DNA from: a virus | Reading direction: 5' to 3' (one strand) | Virus record (IMG/VR): IMGVR_UViG_3300006188_000005 | Location: 1-40,415 of that record | DNA length: 40,415 nt | Shown here: piece by piece, positions 1-8,800 of the stretch | Layout of the letters: every line of letters begins with the position of its first letter | Position numbering within the stretch: the stretch's first letter is position 1 | Notes under the pieces: generated by a model | Seen by the model: only the letters and a program-made list of their open reading frames with translations | Database searches by the model: none | What the model was told of the DNA's origin: nothing | Translations under genes and position numbers: made by a program

Positions 1-53
1 AGACAATGGAGGCCTAGGTCGGAATCGAACCGGCGTACGCGGATTTGCAGTCC
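1..53 (-). repeat. attL core: displaced copy of the 3-prime 47 nt of tRNA-Cys plus 6 nt downstream
   Basis: Bases 1-53 are identical to 40363-40415. The reverse complement reads GGACTGCAAATCCGCGTACGCCGGTTCGATTCCGACCTAGGCCTCCA (anticodon loop CTGCAAA, T-loop TTCGATT, CCA end). Sequence to the right of base 53 supplies no matching 5-prime acceptor strand (GGCCTAG absent), so this copy is a fragment. Confidence 0.85.
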
Positions 54-111
54 TCGAATTCCTTTGCTGCATGCGGCTTTCTGGCGATTGACACTCATGT
101 TTGCCACTCGC

Positions 112-444
112 CTACTGGATCACGCCGCCGGTGCGCAGCTTGTCCATGCACGCATGTTCGCCGCGGCGGATGGTGATCTCGCGAGTGTAGATGCCGATGG
201 CGTTGGCGATCCACTCATCCATGGCAACGAGGCCGGCGGCGTTGCTCAGGCTTGGCAGCGGCGGCAGCGTGGCGGTCGGCGGCGTGCGGTCACAGGTGAC
301 CGTCGGCGGTGGCGGCGGCGTTGGCGCGGGCAATGGCCGCGTCGAGTTGCTGCTGCACGCCGTCAGGGCGGCGACAAGCATCAGCGGCCATAGCAGGCGC
401 CGGGCGATCGCGGTAGACGGTGCGGATAGTTTCGATGGTGTCAT
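112..444 (-). CDS. Rz1: o-spanin (Rz1-like outer-membrane lipoprotein), overlapping the i-spanin gene
   Basis: The alternative frame overlapping the 3-prime end of the Rz-like gene encodes MTPSKLSAPSTAIARRLLWPLMLVAALTAC SS... This has a lipobox (LTAC) followed by a proline-rich mature region (PLPAPTPPPPPT). An alternative start is at 381. The overlapped (P2 LysB/LysC-like) architecture is typical of two-component spanins. Confidence 0.75.
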   Translation of the reverse strand: MTPSKLSAPSTAIARRLLWPLMLVAALTACSSNSTRPLPAPTPPPPPTVTCDRTPPTATLPPLPSLSNAAGLVAMDEWIANAIGIYTREITIRRGEHACMDKLRTGGVIQ

Positions 445-718
445 GGGTCGATGCCTCGATGGTGGGCAGCGTGGCGTCCAGGGTGTGCTGCAGTTGCAGG
501 CCGGTGAACGCGCTGAACTGGTTGAGCGCGTCGCGCTGCTGCTGCAGGTGCGCGGCGGCGCGCGCATCGTCGTCCAGCACCTGCTGGCGGCCGGCGGCGA
601 GGCCGTCGGCGTAGCGGGTGGCGCCGTAGTGGTGGATGGCCAGCGCACCGGCCAGCAGCGCAATCATCACCAGCGCGGCGAGGATGAGGGCGGCGTATTG
701 CTTGAGGGTGGCGATCAT
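290..718 (-). CDS. Rz: i-spanin (Rz-like, N-terminal TM plus coiled coil)
   Basis: The protein starts MIATLKQYAALILAALVMIALLAGALAI (TM) and continues with Q/A/R/L-rich helical sequence. It is the last large gene of the lysis cassette and has an ATGA overlap with the upstream gene at 715-718. Confidence 0.8.
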   Translation of the reverse strand: MIATLKQYAALILAALVMIALLAGALAIHHYGATRYADGLAAGRQQVLDDDARAAAHLQQQRDALNQFSAFTGLQLQHTLDATLPTIEASTHDTIETIRTVYRDRPAPAMAADACRRPDGVQQQLDAAIARANAAATADGHL

Positions 719-1098
719 GGCGTTTCCTCTTGCTCGATTTCGGGCAGATCAACCGTCTGGCCAGCCAGCGCGTGCGTGCAGTCGGTGAGGAATTCAATGC
801 GGCCATCGCGCACGAAGCTGTGGCAGACATGATGCTTCGGCGGAACGTCGTCTCCTTGCCATTCATCCCAGCGCGATAGCACGGACGGCGCGAGCGTCGG
901 GCGTTCGAGGTTTCCATCGAAATCCCAGTGCGGCCAGTTCCCGACATGCGGTGATTCGGTCATGCCTGGCGGTAGCCATCGGACGGGGAGTACCGGGCCT
1001 GCATGATGCATGTGCGCCGAGGCCGCACAGCCGGGGCAAATGAACTTGATACCGTAGAACCGGCCTTCGCCATCGGTGACGATTTTCGCCTTGCTCAT
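715..1098 (-). CDS. Small Cys/His-rich (probable Zn-binding) protein inside the lysis cassette, function unknown
   Basis: 127 aa with CPGC...HMHH...HHVCHSFVRDGRIEFLTDCTH. It resembles small phage Zn-ribbon families (possibly DUF6527-like, from memory only). It is translationally coupled at both ends (ATGA at 1095-1098 and 715-718). Confidence 0.7.
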   Translation of the reverse strand: MSKAKIVTDGEGRFYGIKFICPGCAASAHMHHAGPVLPVRWLPPGMTESPHVGNWPHWDFDGNLERPTLAPSVLSRWDEWQGDDVPPKHHVCHSFVRDGRIEFLTDCTHALAGQTVDLPEIEQEETP

Positions 1099-1544
1099 GG
1101 CTTGCCCTTCTCGGCAGTCGCCTGGATCGCGCTGCGCGCGGCGGCGTTGTTGGCTTCCAGCTGCTGCAGCTCGCGTTGCACGCGCTGGTCCGCCAGGTGG
1201 TGCGCGGCCAGGGTGTTGTGCAGGGTGGTGATGGCCTTGAGGTCGGCGCGGCGCAGGTGTTTCAGACGCTCGATGGCAGCGTCTTGTCGCTGGATCTCGC
1301 CGCGGTGTTCGGCGAGCGTGGTGTACTGGTCGAGGTTCTGCGACTCCAGCACGCCGATGCGGCGCGTGGCGCGTTCGTTCGCGGCGCCGAGGTTGCGCAG
1401 CTTGCTGGCCTGGGCAGCCACCACGCGCCGTTCCTGATAGTGCTGGATCTGCGAGCTGACCGTGCTGGTACCCAGCACAATCACGGCGCCGATCAGCGCG
1501 TAACCAAGCAAGAGCTGAGGGTGTTGCGGCTTACGGATTCTCAT
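1095..1544 (-). CDS. Membrane-anchored coiled-coil protein (second Rz-like / lysis accessory protein)
   Basis: Starting at the ATG at 1544 (GGAGAG 8 nt upstream) gives MRIRKPQHPQLLLGYALIGAVIVLGTSTV (TM) followed by a long helical Q/E/R/A/L-rich region. It overlaps the holin stop by 14 nt. Confidence 0.7.
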   Translation of the reverse strand: MRIRKPQHPQLLLGYALIGAVIVLGTSTVSSQIQHYQERRVVAAQASKLRNLGAANERATRRIGVLESQNLDQYTTLAEHRGEIQRQDAAIERLKHLRRADLKAITTLHNTLAAHHLADQRVQRELQQLEANNAAARSAIQATAEKGKP

Positions 1545-1872
1545 CTGGAGCTCTCCGGTTATCGGGCACCCCCAGCTTGATCCGCACCAGTGGCTCCAAC
1601 ATGCGGATGCTTGCCGTCGCGCCCAGCCAGCCAAACACGCCCACCAGCACGCCTGTCCATTGCGGGCTGAGGTGCATGGCCTGGCAGATCAACATCACGA
1701 TCACGCCCACGAAGCCCGATGCGACGCTTTCGATCAGGGTGCGCCAGAAACTCACCGGGGTGCCGGCGTCCATGGATCGCAGCACGCAGCCAAGCAGGCC
1801 GCCGAACGCGGCGAACACCGGAAACAGCATCAGCTGCCACCAGCTGAAATCGCGCGGAGGCTGGATATCCAT
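1531..1872 (-). CDS. Holin (multi-TM small membrane protein)
   Basis: 113 aa from MDIQPPRDFSWWQLMLFPVFAAFGGLLGCVL... with about 3 hydrophobic segments and a charged C-terminus (RIKLGVPDNRRAPDENP). Its ATG overlaps the endolysin stop (ATGA at 1872). Confidence 0.8.
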   Translation of the reverse strand: MDIQPPRDFSWWQLMLFPVFAAFGGLLGCVLRSMDAGTPVSFWRTLIESVASGFVGVIVMLICQAMHLSPQWTGVLVGVFGWLGATASIRMLEPLVRIKLGVPDNRRAPDENP

Positions 1873-2399
1873 CAGGCGGCGGCCTGCATGGCGGCAAGGG
1901 CGGCGGTGTAGTTGCGCCCCCAGGTTTCCGGCCGCGGTTTGCCGGGCCGCCAGTTGCGCAGGTAGTACGCCCAGGCGGGGCCGGTATCGCCGGCACAAGG
2001 AAGCGGCGCGGCATCGGCGTACAGCAGCAGCCTGGCAATGCCAGCAGCGAGCACGTCATCGCCGGCAACGCTGGCGTGGATGCTGTAGCTGGTCGCCGGC
2101 ACGCCGCGCACGGCACACAACGATCGCACCATGGGTGCCGTGGTGGGATGCTCCAGCACGCCCCAGCATGACGCACCGGACAGTGTGCACATTCCGATGC
2201 CGCCCTGCTCGAACTGCCACAAGCCGCGCGCCGGGCCGCCGCGCTGCTCGCGCGCCGCGAGGCCGGATTCCTGCAGCGCGATGGCGAGCAGCAGCACGGC
2301 GGCACGCGGGCTGCTCAAGGCCGGCGGTAGCAGCGCCAGGGCTGGACGGATAATGGAGGCGAGTGCGTCGGCCGGCGCGATCGGCAGCGGCATCAGCAT
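1872..2399 (-). CDS. Endolysin, lytic transglycosylase (SLT-like) type
   Basis: 175 aa with LLLAIALQESGLAAREQ...GLWQFEQGG, the catalytic-Glu ES motif context of SLT/goose-lysozyme-like transglycosylases. It is the first gene of the lysis cassette. Confidence 0.8.
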   Translation of the reverse strand: MLMPLPIAPADALASIIRPALALLPPALSSPRAAVLLLAIALQESGLAAREQRGGPARGLWQFEQGGIGMCTLSGASCWGVLEHPTTAPMVRSLCAVRGVPATSYSIHASVAGDDVLAAGIARLLLYADAAPLPCAGDTGPAWAYYLRNWRPGKPRPETWGRNYTAALAAMQAAA

Positions 2400-2447
2400 G
2401 GCGGGCAGCGGGCTGGCTGGGTCATGCCGCCAGCTTCGCCGCCACGC

Positions 2448-2476
2448 TGTGCCACGTTTACCGGAGGGGTGGCACT
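2448..2476 (-). repeat. Conserved intergenic hairpin, copy A (TGTGCCAC-N13-GTGGCACT, loop contains TTTACCGG)
   Basis: Inverted repeat GTGCCAC (2449-2455) / GTGGCAC (2469-2475) lies in the gap between the moron stop (2483) and the endolysin start (2399). Copies at 13623, 14341 and 20544 share the same arms and the TACCGG loop core. Confidence 0.8.
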
Positions 2477-2482
2477 ACCGCG

Positions 2483-2755
2483 CTAGTTGAAGATTTCCTC
2501 GATGTTGTCGACCACGCCGCCGCGGATGTAGATCTGCACGGTCTTGCGGCCGGTCACATAGTCGAGCCGGTAGCCGGCGGCGCCGCCGTATTTCGTCTGC
2601 AACTGCACGATATCGGTCGGCTGGCCGGCCACCTGGTACACCTTGCCCTGCGAGTCACCCACGCTCACCACCTTGTTGCCGAAGCGCACGCTGTCTTCGG
2701 CGTGTACGGCGAAGGCCAGCAGCGCGCCAGCCAGCAGCATCGTCCATCGTTTCAT
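2483..2755 (-). CDS. Small secreted protein (DUF2845-like), probable moron
   Basis: 90 aa starting MKRWTMLLAGALLAFAVHA-EDS (clear Sec signal peptide). A GGGAGG RBS lies upstream. It is inserted between the tail genes and the lysis cassette. The family assignment is from memory of DUF2845-type periplasmic proteins. Confidence 0.8.
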   Translation of the reverse strand: MKRWTMLLAGALLAFAVHAEDSVRFGNKVVSVGDSQGKVYQVAGQPTDIVQLQTKYGGAAGYRLDYVTGRKTVQIYIRGGVVDNIEEIFN

Positions 2756-2786
2756 CGCTCAACCTCCCTGCCTCGGTGTCGCAACT

Positions 2787-3017
2787 TTATACGGTGAGGT
2801 TGTACACCGGCAAATTCGGCGCCGGGCCGATGATGCGGCCGAACTGCACGTAGACGTTCGCGCCCACGCCCACGCTGGTGCCCAGCGCTCGCAGCGTGCC
2901 GCCCTCGGGCGTGGTGAGGGTGCTGGTGCCGTCGGTGTTGATCGCCTGCACGGTGGCCAGGGTGACGGTTTGCGAGGGCAGCAGGCCCTCGAAGCGTTTC
3001 CAGACGTCAATGAGCAT
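2787..3017 (-). CDS. Small tail-associated protein (76 aa), function unknown
   Basis: MLIDVWKRFEGLLPSQTVTLATVQAINTDGTST... Its ATG at 3017 overlaps the stop of the upstream 630-aa gene. It is the last gene of the tail block. Confidence 0.65.
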   Translation of the reverse strand: MLIDVWKRFEGLLPSQTVTLATVQAINTDGTSTLTTPEGGTLRALGTSVGVGANVYVQFGRIIGPAPNLPVYNLTV

Positions 3018-4899
3018 CGCTGAGGTGCCTTTCGAGGGAGACGCGTTGCCAGATTTCCAGCGTCTTTTCGTCATCGCCGCCGCGGCGGGCGCTGATGGTG
3101 ACGCCCACGCTCTGCGCCTGGTAGGGGTCGGCCGGGTCCTGCACGTCCACCAGCAGCAGCGGCGCATACAGGCCCGACATGCCGGCGGTGACGGCGCCGG
3201 GCGCGTGCAGCGGAATCTGCAGATCCACCTGCCATTGCATGCCGCGGTCGGCCAGCACGTTGCGGCCGCGTTCGGTGGCCACGTCGGGCGTGACGATGAG
3301 CTGGTCGACCACCTGCTGCGCGAAGATGCTGGCCGCACTGCCCAGCCGCGATACCTTCGCCAGCACGCCCTGCTGGGTGCCGGCGATGATCACCGCGTCG
3401 TACATGGGCTTGCTCTGCTGCTGCACGGTTTCGTCGGTGCACCAGTCAATGGGCAGCGCCACGTCGGCGGCGGCCGGCGTCCACGCCCACGGGCTCACCG
3501 GGTAACGGCTCTGCACGATCAGCTTCGCGTCGCCCGGCGCGCTCTGCACCACGGCGCCACGCGCCGCGGCGATCTGCGAGATCACCGCCATGGGCGCCAG
3601 GTCCTGGTAGTACCAGTTGCCGCCGGGCACCACCCAATCCAGCCCGCGCCAGTCGATGGTGAACGGTGCGGCGCGGTCGGTGAGTTCCAGGGTGGCGAGC
3701 TGCTGTGCGCTGCGCGCGTCGCCCACCGCCAGCGAGCGCGCGGCGGTGTAGGTATCACTGAGCAGCGCCGTCTGGCTGCGGCCGGTCACCGTGACGCTGC
3801 GGTTGGCGTGCACACGCATGCCTTCGCGATCCTCGATGATCGCCGTCCACACGTAGCTGTTCATGGTGATCTCGACCAGCTTTGGCCCGTTGCCGTCCGG
3901 CTTCAGCAGGCTCCACTGGTCCGGGCTGGCCAGCTCCATGCGCAGCGACCAGCACCAGGCATCCACCGTGGCGGATAGGTCGACGGCGTTCACTTCGATC
4001 GGCGTGCGCTCGGGCAGCCGTACAACCTGCACTTCGTTCATGACGATGTAGACCCTGCGGGCAACGGGGATGGGGGGCGGCTCGTTGGGTGAGCCGGTCC
4101 AACCGGAATCGGTTGGAGGCGGATCGGGCTGGCGGCGTTGGCCATGAGGCCCCCAGGAGACCAGGTCACCTAGATCGATGTTTTTCGTTTGCCCCCAACG
4201 CACCATGATCCATCCGGGATCGGATCGCTTCACGACGATGGGCGGATAGGCATGCGCGCCTGTCAAGATCGCGCTTATGTGGAAGGCATCCGGTGACACA
4301 TACCCAGCAGTCAGCACTACGGAAATTGCAATGCCATCAGGCGGCGTATAGGCACTCGATTCTGGTCGCTGGTAGATCAAGGATGGCGGCAATGCTCGCT
4401 GCCATAGCTGGCCGTGCACCATGTCCGCTGCGAAAACCCGCAACCATGCGGCCCTCAACACCCGCGGGCGCGACGACGTTGCCATCACCAAGGGGGATAC
4501 ACGCCTGCGATCAACCGCATGGGTTGCCACGAAACGACCATAAATACTGCGGTGGCGTAGCCGCGCCAACGACCAATCGCCAGATGCAGACCCATCCGCA
4601 ACGCGGTTGCGCCGCCACGCGCCAGCCGTGGGGGTCAACGATGCCAACGTGCGCGACCATGCCGACGAATCGCGATGGTCGCGCGGAAGAGTCTGCTGCC
4701 AGCGCGTATCCATCGGCCGCAGGCTGCGCTGACGTCCTTGCCCGAACCGGGAAGCAATGCCGCGGCGCAACGTACCCTTGCCGCCCGTATCCGGAAGCTG
4801 TCCAAGCAACACGACCAGTGCCGTTCCATTTGGAGGAACGTATCCGGCGGACAGCACAACACCGATTGCGTTACCGGTCGGTGGCGTATAAATCGCCAT
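3007..4899 (-). CDS. Large distal tail / fibre-associated structural protein (630 aa)
   Basis: The ATG at 4899 lies 2 nt after the stop of the LamG gene. The N-terminus carries two copies of a YTPPxGxAIxVVLxAGYVxP motif. The C-terminal 400 aa has ordinary structural-protein composition. Function is inferred from position after the tape measure and large tail protein. Confidence 0.7.
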   Translation of the reverse strand: MAIYTPPTGNAIGVVLSAGYVPPNGTALVVLLGQLPDTGGKGTLRRGIASRFGQGRQRSLRPMDTRWQQTLPRDHRDSSAWSRTLASLTPTAGAWRRNRVADGSASGDWSLARLRHRSIYGRFVATHAVDRRRVSPLVMATSSRPRVLRAAWLRVFAADMVHGQLWQRALPPSLIYQRPESSAYTPPDGIAISVVLTAGYVSPDAFHISAILTGAHAYPPIVVKRSDPGWIMVRWGQTKNIDLGDLVSWGPHGQRRQPDPPPTDSGWTGSPNEPPPIPVARRVYIVMNEVQVVRLPERTPIEVNAVDLSATVDAWCWSLRMELASPDQWSLLKPDGNGPKLVEITMNSYVWTAIIEDREGMRVHANRSVTVTGRSQTALLSDTYTAARSLAVGDARSAQQLATLELTDRAAPFTIDWRGLDWVVPGGNWYYQDLAPMAVISQIAAARGAVVQSAPGDAKLIVQSRYPVSPWAWTPAAADVALPIDWCTDETVQQQSKPMYDAVIIAGTQQGVLAKVSRLGSAASIFAQQVVDQLIVTPDVATERGRNVLADRGMQWQVDLQIPLHAPGAVTAGMSGLYAPLLLVDVQDPADPYQAQSVGVTISARRGGDDEKTLEIWQRVSLERHLSDAH

Positions 4900-4900
4900 A

Positions 4901-5815
4901 CTACGAACTCGCCGAGGCAACGACAGGGCCGTGCGTAATGGGCTGGTAGCCGGTTGGCCCGAAGATCGTCACATCGTACTGGCCTGCAGGCACCCACATC
5001 TCGAAATCACCGCTTGTTGCAGGCGTGGCTTGCGCAGCATGTGCATGCGTGGACCAGTTGCGCGCAACCACCACAGATGCAGCACTGCCATTATCCAGTT
5101 TTGCATTTCCGGCAAGACGACGCAGATCAAGCGCAAGCGCGGCATGCAATGCGATACGCGTCGGATCGAGTGCTTTTGCGTAAAAGGCAGCCTCATCCAA
5201 TGCACCTTTTACCAGCTGCGACCAAGGCTGCCCCATGAAATACATCACATTGGCGTTATTCTGATTGCTTAACGCAGGAAGCGTCATGAACGCAACCTTT
5301 GAGCCCTCCACCCATGCTTCAAGAACAAGGCCGCGACGCACGAAACAAAAATGTCTGTATGTATTGTCGTTGTAGTGAACATCTGCTCCACCACCAAACT
5401 CCAACGCATAACTAACATCGGATCGCTCGCGGAAGGTGATTCTTCCATCCGTCAGCGCAACGCCTTGTTGAGAGTAATTTGCGAATACTGCCGGCCCATT
5501 ATAAGGGAATGCTGTATCAAACAAACCGAAAGGCAATACAATGTCATTGTTAGTCCATTTTGTTATGAATTCGATGGTGTAATCTGCCAAAACTTTGAAT
5601 GCAGGCGAAGCTGGCACCGTAATCTGACCACCAGCAAAATTTATTGCGGTACCTGTAGCGGCACTCTTGCCGGGCGCATTCATATTAAAGGAACCGTTTA
5701 TGCTCCCGGCATGACCGTTGCCTGTAGCGTCAGATACCGAAGTGCCGGCAGTTTCATTGCATTGGAAATACAACTCTGGCCCATCGGCAAGCACTTCCGT
5801 AGCGTACGTCGTCAT
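4901..5815 (-). CDS. LamG / concanavalin-A-like lectin-fold protein with C-terminal prealbumin-like beta domain; candidate receptor-binding or host-range protein
   Basis: 304 aa. It contains LYFQCNETAGTSVSDATGNGHAGSINGS...TIEFITKW...YRHFCFVRRG...LDEAAFYAKAL, typical of Laminin_G_3-type domains. The C-terminus FEMWVPAGQYDVTIFGPTGYQ is carboxypeptidase-regulatory-like. The region is visibly AT-richer than its neighbours. Confidence 0.75.
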   Translation of the reverse strand: MTTYATEVLADGPELYFQCNETAGTSVSDATGNGHAGSINGSFNMNAPGKSAATGTAINFAGGQITVPASPAFKVLADYTIEFITKWTNNDIVLPFGLFDTAFPYNGPAVFANYSQQGVALTDGRITFRERSDVSYALEFGGGADVHYNDNTYRHFCFVRRGLVLEAWVEGSKVAFMTLPALSNQNNANVMYFMGQPWSQLVKGALDEAAFYAKALDPTRIALHAALALDLRRLAGNAKLDNGSAASVVVARNWSTHAHAAQATPATSGDFEMWVPAGQYDVTIFGPTGYQPITHGPVVASASS

Positions 5816-8800
5816 TGCACGTCGCCCCGCATTTGCAAGCGGAAATTATCGTCAGTAAGCGTCTGCGCACCAGGCAGCACTGTGCGCGCTATCCAAAGCG
5901 GCGCGTTTGGCCCTATGGTGTTGAAGCGCAGAACATTGTTGACGCCCCAGCCAGCGCCCCAGCCGCCAGCCTTGAGCGTGAAATAAGGCTGCCCGGTGAG
6001 GGGGTTTATCGGCGCCGCGTCGGTACCGATGTTGAACGCACCGATCTGGCCGAGCGACTCACCGACGATGTTGCCCACGTTGGTGCTGGTGAAAATCAAC
6101 GCCCACCGCTCCGTCACCGCGTTCGCGTTGACGATCTGCAGCGGGTAGGTGGTGCGGTTGTACTGTGCGGTGGTGCCGCTGCCGCTGAGCGAGTCGCTCC
6201 ACACGCCCTGCCAGGTCTGCTGGCTGAAGAACACCGGATTCTGCGCCTGCAGGTCGCCGAACAGCAGCGCGCTGCTTACCTTGGCGCCTTGCGGGTAGTC
6301 GCGGCTGAGTGGCGCGCCGAGGGTGATGCCGCCGCTGAGTTCGACGCTGCTGGCCAGCAGCATATCCTCGACGGTGTAGTGGGCGCCGATGGGGGCGACC
6401 AGGCCGGCGGCGCTGTAGGTAGCGGTGGCGGTGATGAGGCCGGTATCCATGTCGACGGTGTACATGCCAATGGCGACGGCGGTGCCGGCGGCGTCGGACA
6501 GGGCGCACTGCGACAGCGGCGCGTCGGTGATGGTGAAGGTGTCGCCGGCCTTGAAGCCGGCGGGCAGGTTCACGGTGCGATCGTCATGGATCACCACCAC
6601 GTTGCCGTCGCGGAAGATCGGCACGCGGCCGGTGAGCGGCAGGCGCACGGGATCGATGCCGAGCAGGTTGGCATCCAGCGGCAGCGTGGTCTGCACCACG
6701 CAGTTGAAGCGGATGGTGCCGGGGTCGACCAGGATGGGTTTCCAGACGTTGCTGCCCACCACGTTGTTCGGGTCGTACCACGGCTGGGTTTCGTTGCCGG
6801 CGGCGACCACGTAGCTGCCGAACTTGACCTCGGCCCAGCCCATGTCGTTGTTGACCGTGCCGCCCACGAAGGCGCCGCTGATGACGCCACTGGCGTTGCT
6901 GGTGGCGCTGATGGACTCGCCGGTGTCGGCACGCACGGCCTGCACGAAGAACGAGGCCGGCCGCAGCGGCGCGCCGGGCGTGCGGAACACCACGTAACTG
7001 GTGGGCATGGTGCCGTACTGAGTCACCAGCGACTGCAGCGCCACGGGGCCGCCGGTGCTGGTGCCGTAATTGGTGAGGATGGCCTCGCCGGTGGCGTAGT
7101 TGATGGTGCCGGCTTGCGTGGCGCTGCCGCTGGCCGCGTCCATGTCGCGGAACAGCAGGCCGTTGCGGTCGATGTAGGTCTTGCCGCCCCAGGTGAACCA
7201 GACGGACCCGGGCAGGATGGCGTCCACCACGGTCTGGGTGAGCATGAAGCGCACGCCGGGGTAGTCGATGGCATCGATCTGCGGCGTTTCCGTGGCGCTG
7301 CTGCGCGTGGCGCTGAACTGCACCAGCGGCGAGGGCACGAAGTTGCCCAGCCCCTGGTTGAGCTGCCAGTTGCCGTAGGCGTAGGCGTTGCGCGCGCTGG
7401 TGATGTAGAAATTGCGCGAGGCCACCGACCCGGGCTGGATGGTGACGTGGCCGGTGGCGTAGTCCACCGTGCCGGCATTGACGCTGATGATGGGCAGGAA
7501 CAGGTCCGGCACCTGGCTGTTCGGGTACTGGAGGCTGCGCGTTTTGGGCGCGAGCTCGGTGGCGGTGACGATGTTGCCGGCGCCGTCGTCTTTCCAGTAC
7601 ATGGTGCTGGACTGCGTACCGAAGAAGCCGGCCACCTGCCCCGACAAGCCGCCGGGCTTGAGCGGCAGCGCCGCGGCCGGCAGGTCGAACGTGAGCGTGC
7701 CGCCGGCATAGGCGCCGATGACTGCCGAGCGCACGCCGTCCGCCTGCGTGTACGTGGCGGTGATCTTGGCGTTGCTGTCCGGGTAGGCCGCGGCGGCGGG
7801 CTGCAGGGCGATGGTGCCGTCGAGGTACACGGCCGTACCGGTGCCGTCGCCGCTGATGGTGCCGTTGGCCGCCACGCTGGCGTTCTTGGTGACGCCGCCC
7901 GACACCCATTGCAGGCTGAGCGAGCCGGGCTTGATCGGCCAGTGCGCGGTCTGGAACAGCACGCTGGGCGTGTTGACGGTGATGTCGCCGGCATGCTGCG
8001 CGAAGCTGGTGGGGTCGCCCCAGCTGTAGATCAGCTTGCTGCCCACGTCGGGCACGGCGCCCAGGGTGAGCGTGACGTCGCCGCTGGTGTAGTCCACCGT
8101 GCCGCCGCCGGCCGCGACGGAGTCACCGCGCACGGTACCGTCGCGCGCAGCATCGGTGAGGGTGTACCACTTGCCGAGGTAGCGGAACGAGACGATCAGC
8201 GAGCCGGGTGCGGGCCGCGTGGGCAAGGTCTGCACGTACACCGTGCCCTGCGACGCCAGGGTGATGTCCACCGCGATCGACTTGCTGGCCGCGCTGCAGG
8301 TGGCCGCGGGGATATAGGTGCCGCCGTTGATGGTCTGGCCGGAGAGCCGGCCGGACTCGTAATCGACCGTGCCGACGTTGGCGGTGTCGAGCACCATGTT
8401 GCCGGCGCCGTCGTCCTTGGCGGTGCCGCCGGGGATGGCGGCCTGCAGGCTGCCGGGGTACACGCCACGCAACTGGTAGCGCGGCGAAGCGCCGGTGGTG
8501 AGGGCCTTGGCGACCGCTGCGGCGATGTAGCTGAGCGACAGGCCCGGCGTGGCGCTGGCCACGGCCACCTCACGCGTGGTGCTGGGCACCAGCTGGGCAG
8601 TGATGCTGTCGATGGTGATGGACAGCGCCGCCTGCGCGGCCGGCGCGCTGAGCCGGCTCACGCCGAAATAGCTGCTGGCATCGGCCACGGTGACGGAGCG
8701 CACGCGCGTGGGCGGCGCCACGCCGGACAGGCGGCTTGCCTCGGCGCCCTGGTACATCTGCCGCAGCGCGCTGGTGAGGCTGAGCGTGAGCACCTTGCGG

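Noticed and set aside
1-85. The left-end tRNA-like sequence might be the intact tRNA-Cys gene.
   Set aside because: Beyond base 53 the sequence gives no 5-prime acceptor strand complementary to CTAGGCC and no foldable D-arm. It also introduces a mismatch in the anticodon stem. It is only the duplicated 3-prime fragment (attL).
2448-2476. The TGGCAC in the conserved hairpin arms (all four copies) resembles the -24 element of sigma-54 promoters.
   Set aside because: In each copy I checked, the GC of any -12-like element is off by one position or absent, with no TTGC at the right spacing. The motif is a perfect palindrome with a conserved loop. No enhancer-binding protein is encoded. Two copies lie too close to the next start codon.
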